Source: Adineta vaga
Taxonomy: Eukaryota; Animalia; Rotifera
DNA: 64,000 bases
NCBI GenBank assembly: GCA_021613535.1
Contig: CP075497.1
Location: 496,001-560,000 of the forward strand
Direction of reading: 5' to 3'
A model generated the notes under the pieces. That model did no database searches. It saw nothing but the letters and a program-made list of their open reading frames with translations, and was not told the origin of the DNA. This document shows positions 60,901 to 64,000 of the stretch, one piece after another. The translations under genes were made by a program, and so were the position numbers. Each line of letters begins with the position of its first letter. Position 1 is the stretch's first letter.

Positions 60901-63900
60901 ACTTGACCAATTGAGGTGTAATTAGACGTAATGAAAGAGTGAGACCACCAATTATTGATATTAATGTTGTAATAACTTCAAAAAATGTTTTTGTACGAAT
61001 TTTTTTCGAATAAGTACAATAAGTAGGAGAACATGATTGATAAAATTGATCATATAATAAATATTCATTCCATTGTTCAATCATTACTTGTTCTATTATC
61101 TTTTCAATAGAAATATTTGGAGGATAACGATCTAATATTGGATTAGAAATGAGAGGACGAACATCAAACCATGATGGATATTCAATATTTTGAATATAAA
61201 TATCATAAATATAATTGATTAATATTGAAAAACAATCTGAATCTTTATAGAAACATTCAAGTGTTGAGAATAAAAGAGAATTAGAAGCAGAACATCCTAT
61301 AAATGAACCTGGAACTATATAATCAATAGAATAAGTTGATTGAACTATTGATTCAGGATCAATATCATAAATAGCAATTGAACTTAGACATTTTGAATCT
61401 ATAGCACAGATACAATTGATCAATGTCGAATTTATATCACGAGGTCCGATTGAATGAAATTTAAACTAAAAACAAACAAAGATTTATAACATTCATTTAA
61501 ATTTCTACAAAGAATATCTGCTATATCTTGAGATTGGACAAGTATGTACACATTGATCATACTCATAATGATTAAACATTTTTTTATAACATCTCAGTCT
61601 ATATTCAAGTTCTAATCTAAGAAAATAACAAACCTTTAATGATTGTTGATCGGTTATTTGATCTGTGACGACGTTTGCGATTAGATTTGGAATGAGTTCA
61701 GAATAACTTGTTTGTACTGATGAACCCATAAATGGTTGATCGACTTGCATAAGAAGATGAACTGTATTAACAAGAAGAGTAAAATAATCAATTGTTGATT
61801 GATAAAATTGTTTAAGAATTAAATTGATTTGTTGATCAAAATCATATTTACTCAATACATTTGAAACAATAAAAGATTGTGAAAGAAAACGATGAACAGC
61901 ATCATCAATTGTTTTATTTGCTAATTTACAAAGATCAGATAATAGAAGAAATTGTGAAAATGCTCGATTACGCCAATCAATTGTAATCTTATTAACAGTA
62001 CTATCTTTTAATATTGAAATCCATTGATCACTAACAAAATCACTTCTACACACTTGATGTAATATTGGTGATAATGAAATGAATGAACTGTAAAGTATTG
62101 TCATATTTGAACAAAAACATTCAATTGTATTCGAATATAACTTTTGTAAATTATCAAAAGTAATTAATGATGGTTTGTCCACTGTTATTGTCATAATTTC
62201 ACTATTCAATGAATGAAAAAGAAGAAGAATAAGAATTGAACCTATAATTATACAAATATAAATATATGTTTTCAATAAACAAAACATACTGATAAGTAAA
62301 CTCAAATAGATACGAGTAATAAACTTTTGTTGTTTGATATTATTCTCTGTTCGCTTATTAATATCTTTGAATAAATTTAATTGTTTGATTATTTGAATAA
62401 ATTTATCGACATATGAATTTTGATGAACTATAAATTATAGAAAAAGATAAAATAAGATTGATAAATGAACATTATGTTTAATTGAATTTATCTCATAGAT
62501 AAAATTCTTCAAATTTCATTTTACTTGAATTAATATTTGTATCTGTTGATCGATGTTTAAATTTGAATATAATATTAATTAAGAATGGTGAAATTAGACG
62601 AAGTAGAATAATAAGACCACTATATAAACTAATAAAAAATGTCATTGTATAAGATAAATTAATTCGATCTGTTGTTATATATGTACAAGATAAAGGAGAA
62701 CATTTATGAAAATAATTTGAATAATTCATTTCAATTGACCAATTCTTAATGAAAAGTTTATTTAAATAATCATTAACAGAATTATTTTCATATGTTTTTA
62801 TTAAAACAATATTTGACAAATTATAGTTCATCTAGAAGAATAAAAATAATAACAAAAATGCAGAATAATATTAAACAAACTTGATTGAGTATAGGAAAAT
62901 ATTCATTTAATAATTGAAGACATTTAATATCATATAAACAATCGAGTGTACTTTGTAGAAGAGCTTCAAAAGGTGTACAAGCAGCAAAAAATCCACTAAC
63001 TAATGTCGAATTTGATGTTGATTTATACCATATTACATGAGATTCATATTCTATATCTTGTGAAAAGGAAAAAAAACCTACTGGACTAATTGGATTTGTT
63101 GTATCACATTTGAAGATAGGTGCATCTAAATCATTATCATCATAAGCTAATTTATATGAGATATGCATTGAATGAACACGAAAATTATTTTCAATATAAT
63201 CAGTAACAACTAATAAATTGGTATTCAATGCAGAAACAAGATAATTTGCTCGAGTTGTTATTCTAAGATAATTTAAAAATGAATTTATTCGAATAAATAA
63301 ACTATTTTGAAAGATTTTAATAGTAGAATCGATTTGTAATTGAATTTGTTTTTGAGAAAGAAGATAAATACTAATTAATTCATTATTATTAATACTTTGA
63401 TGATTTTGTAAAATTGTTTGTTGAGAAAATAAACAAAGATTTGATAAAAGTTCAAACTAAATTAAGATAAAATTAATCATGAGAGTTAACATATTTACAT
63501 AATAATTTCGTCCAATCTCACTGTCAAGAATTATTATTAATTTACCTGAGAATAAGCTGTGGTTCGAAAATCCGCTACTCCATATGTACTTGCATTAGGT
63601 ATGTAAAATGATTGAATCCATTGTTGACTAACAAAAGTACTTGTACAAATAGGATAATATATAATTGTATGAGAAACAAAAGTTTCATAAGGCATTGTTA
63701 CTGTTGAACATGGACATGAAAGTGTTTTAATATGATCAGAATGAAGTTGATCAAAGATTAAAGGAGTAACAGGTGAAATAGTTACTGTTCGAGATTGTGA
63801 TTTGATTAAAGTCATGTAAAATAGAATATAAAGAGATACTAAAAAGATTTTATAGGAAAAGTGTTCGATTTTAATTTGACTTACTGAAGAGAAGAAGAAT

Positions 63901-64000
63901 ATATAATTTTGTTGAATATTTTTGATGTTTAATAACAAGTCTCGGATCATTTTGTTCTTCATGAACATCATAATCATTTTCTCCAGGTATAAAAAGATTA
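57952..64000 (-). CDS. Giant multi-exon membrane protein: three tandem TM-Cys-rich ectodomain-TM modules, a seventh TM, Ser/Thr stalk and C-terminal FG-GAP/VCBS propeller; start lies just beyond the window
   Basis: Motif series TRLY / C.CS / H.VC.S.F.S..W / L..LC / GC.P....L.STL.C.Y...C / C.P..C.Y / GGL...LR.I.P occurs three times (~64000-62520, ~62430-60850, ~60790-59460); final exon has DFNND...DI repeats. Confidence 0.85.

Noticed and set aside
1-64000. Bacterial origin or contamination of the contig
   Set aside because: Spliceosomal introns throughout, GPCRs, F-box genes and eukaryotic transposons are interleaved with the foreign-looking genes.

Overview
AT-rich eukaryotic DNA with short (~50-60 nt) GT-AG introns. 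The gene content (ART-TPR proteins, many NHL-repeat proteins, FG-GAP proteins, F-box/LRR, divergent class A GPCRs, several apparently non-metazoan genes) points to a bdelloid rotifer accessory region; the taxon is inferred, not shown. 1-13 kb is TE-rich: two pieces of one Tc1/mariner family, a defective hAT, MITEs, a DED-TM gene and a 19-repeat TPR ORF. It is followed by aminopeptidase P, an 18-exon F-box-LRR gene missed by the ORF track, a GATase-like HGT candidate, a cluster of type II NHL genes with two ART-TPR genes, a beta-lactamase-family hydrolase, a histidine phosphatase, two GPCRs, a kiwellin pseudogene, more NHL genes, and a giant membrane protein made of three tandem 2-TM Cys-rich modules plus an FG-GAP propeller. 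The most striking unexplained structure is a dispersed family (about 14 copies) of short hairpins built from TGAGGG/TGTGGG hexamers, consensus CTTGAGGGTGTGGGTG-loop-CACCCACACCCTCAAG. Its loops fall into subfamilies, and copies sit at gene ends and bracket individual genes. All calls are by eye; no database searches were run.
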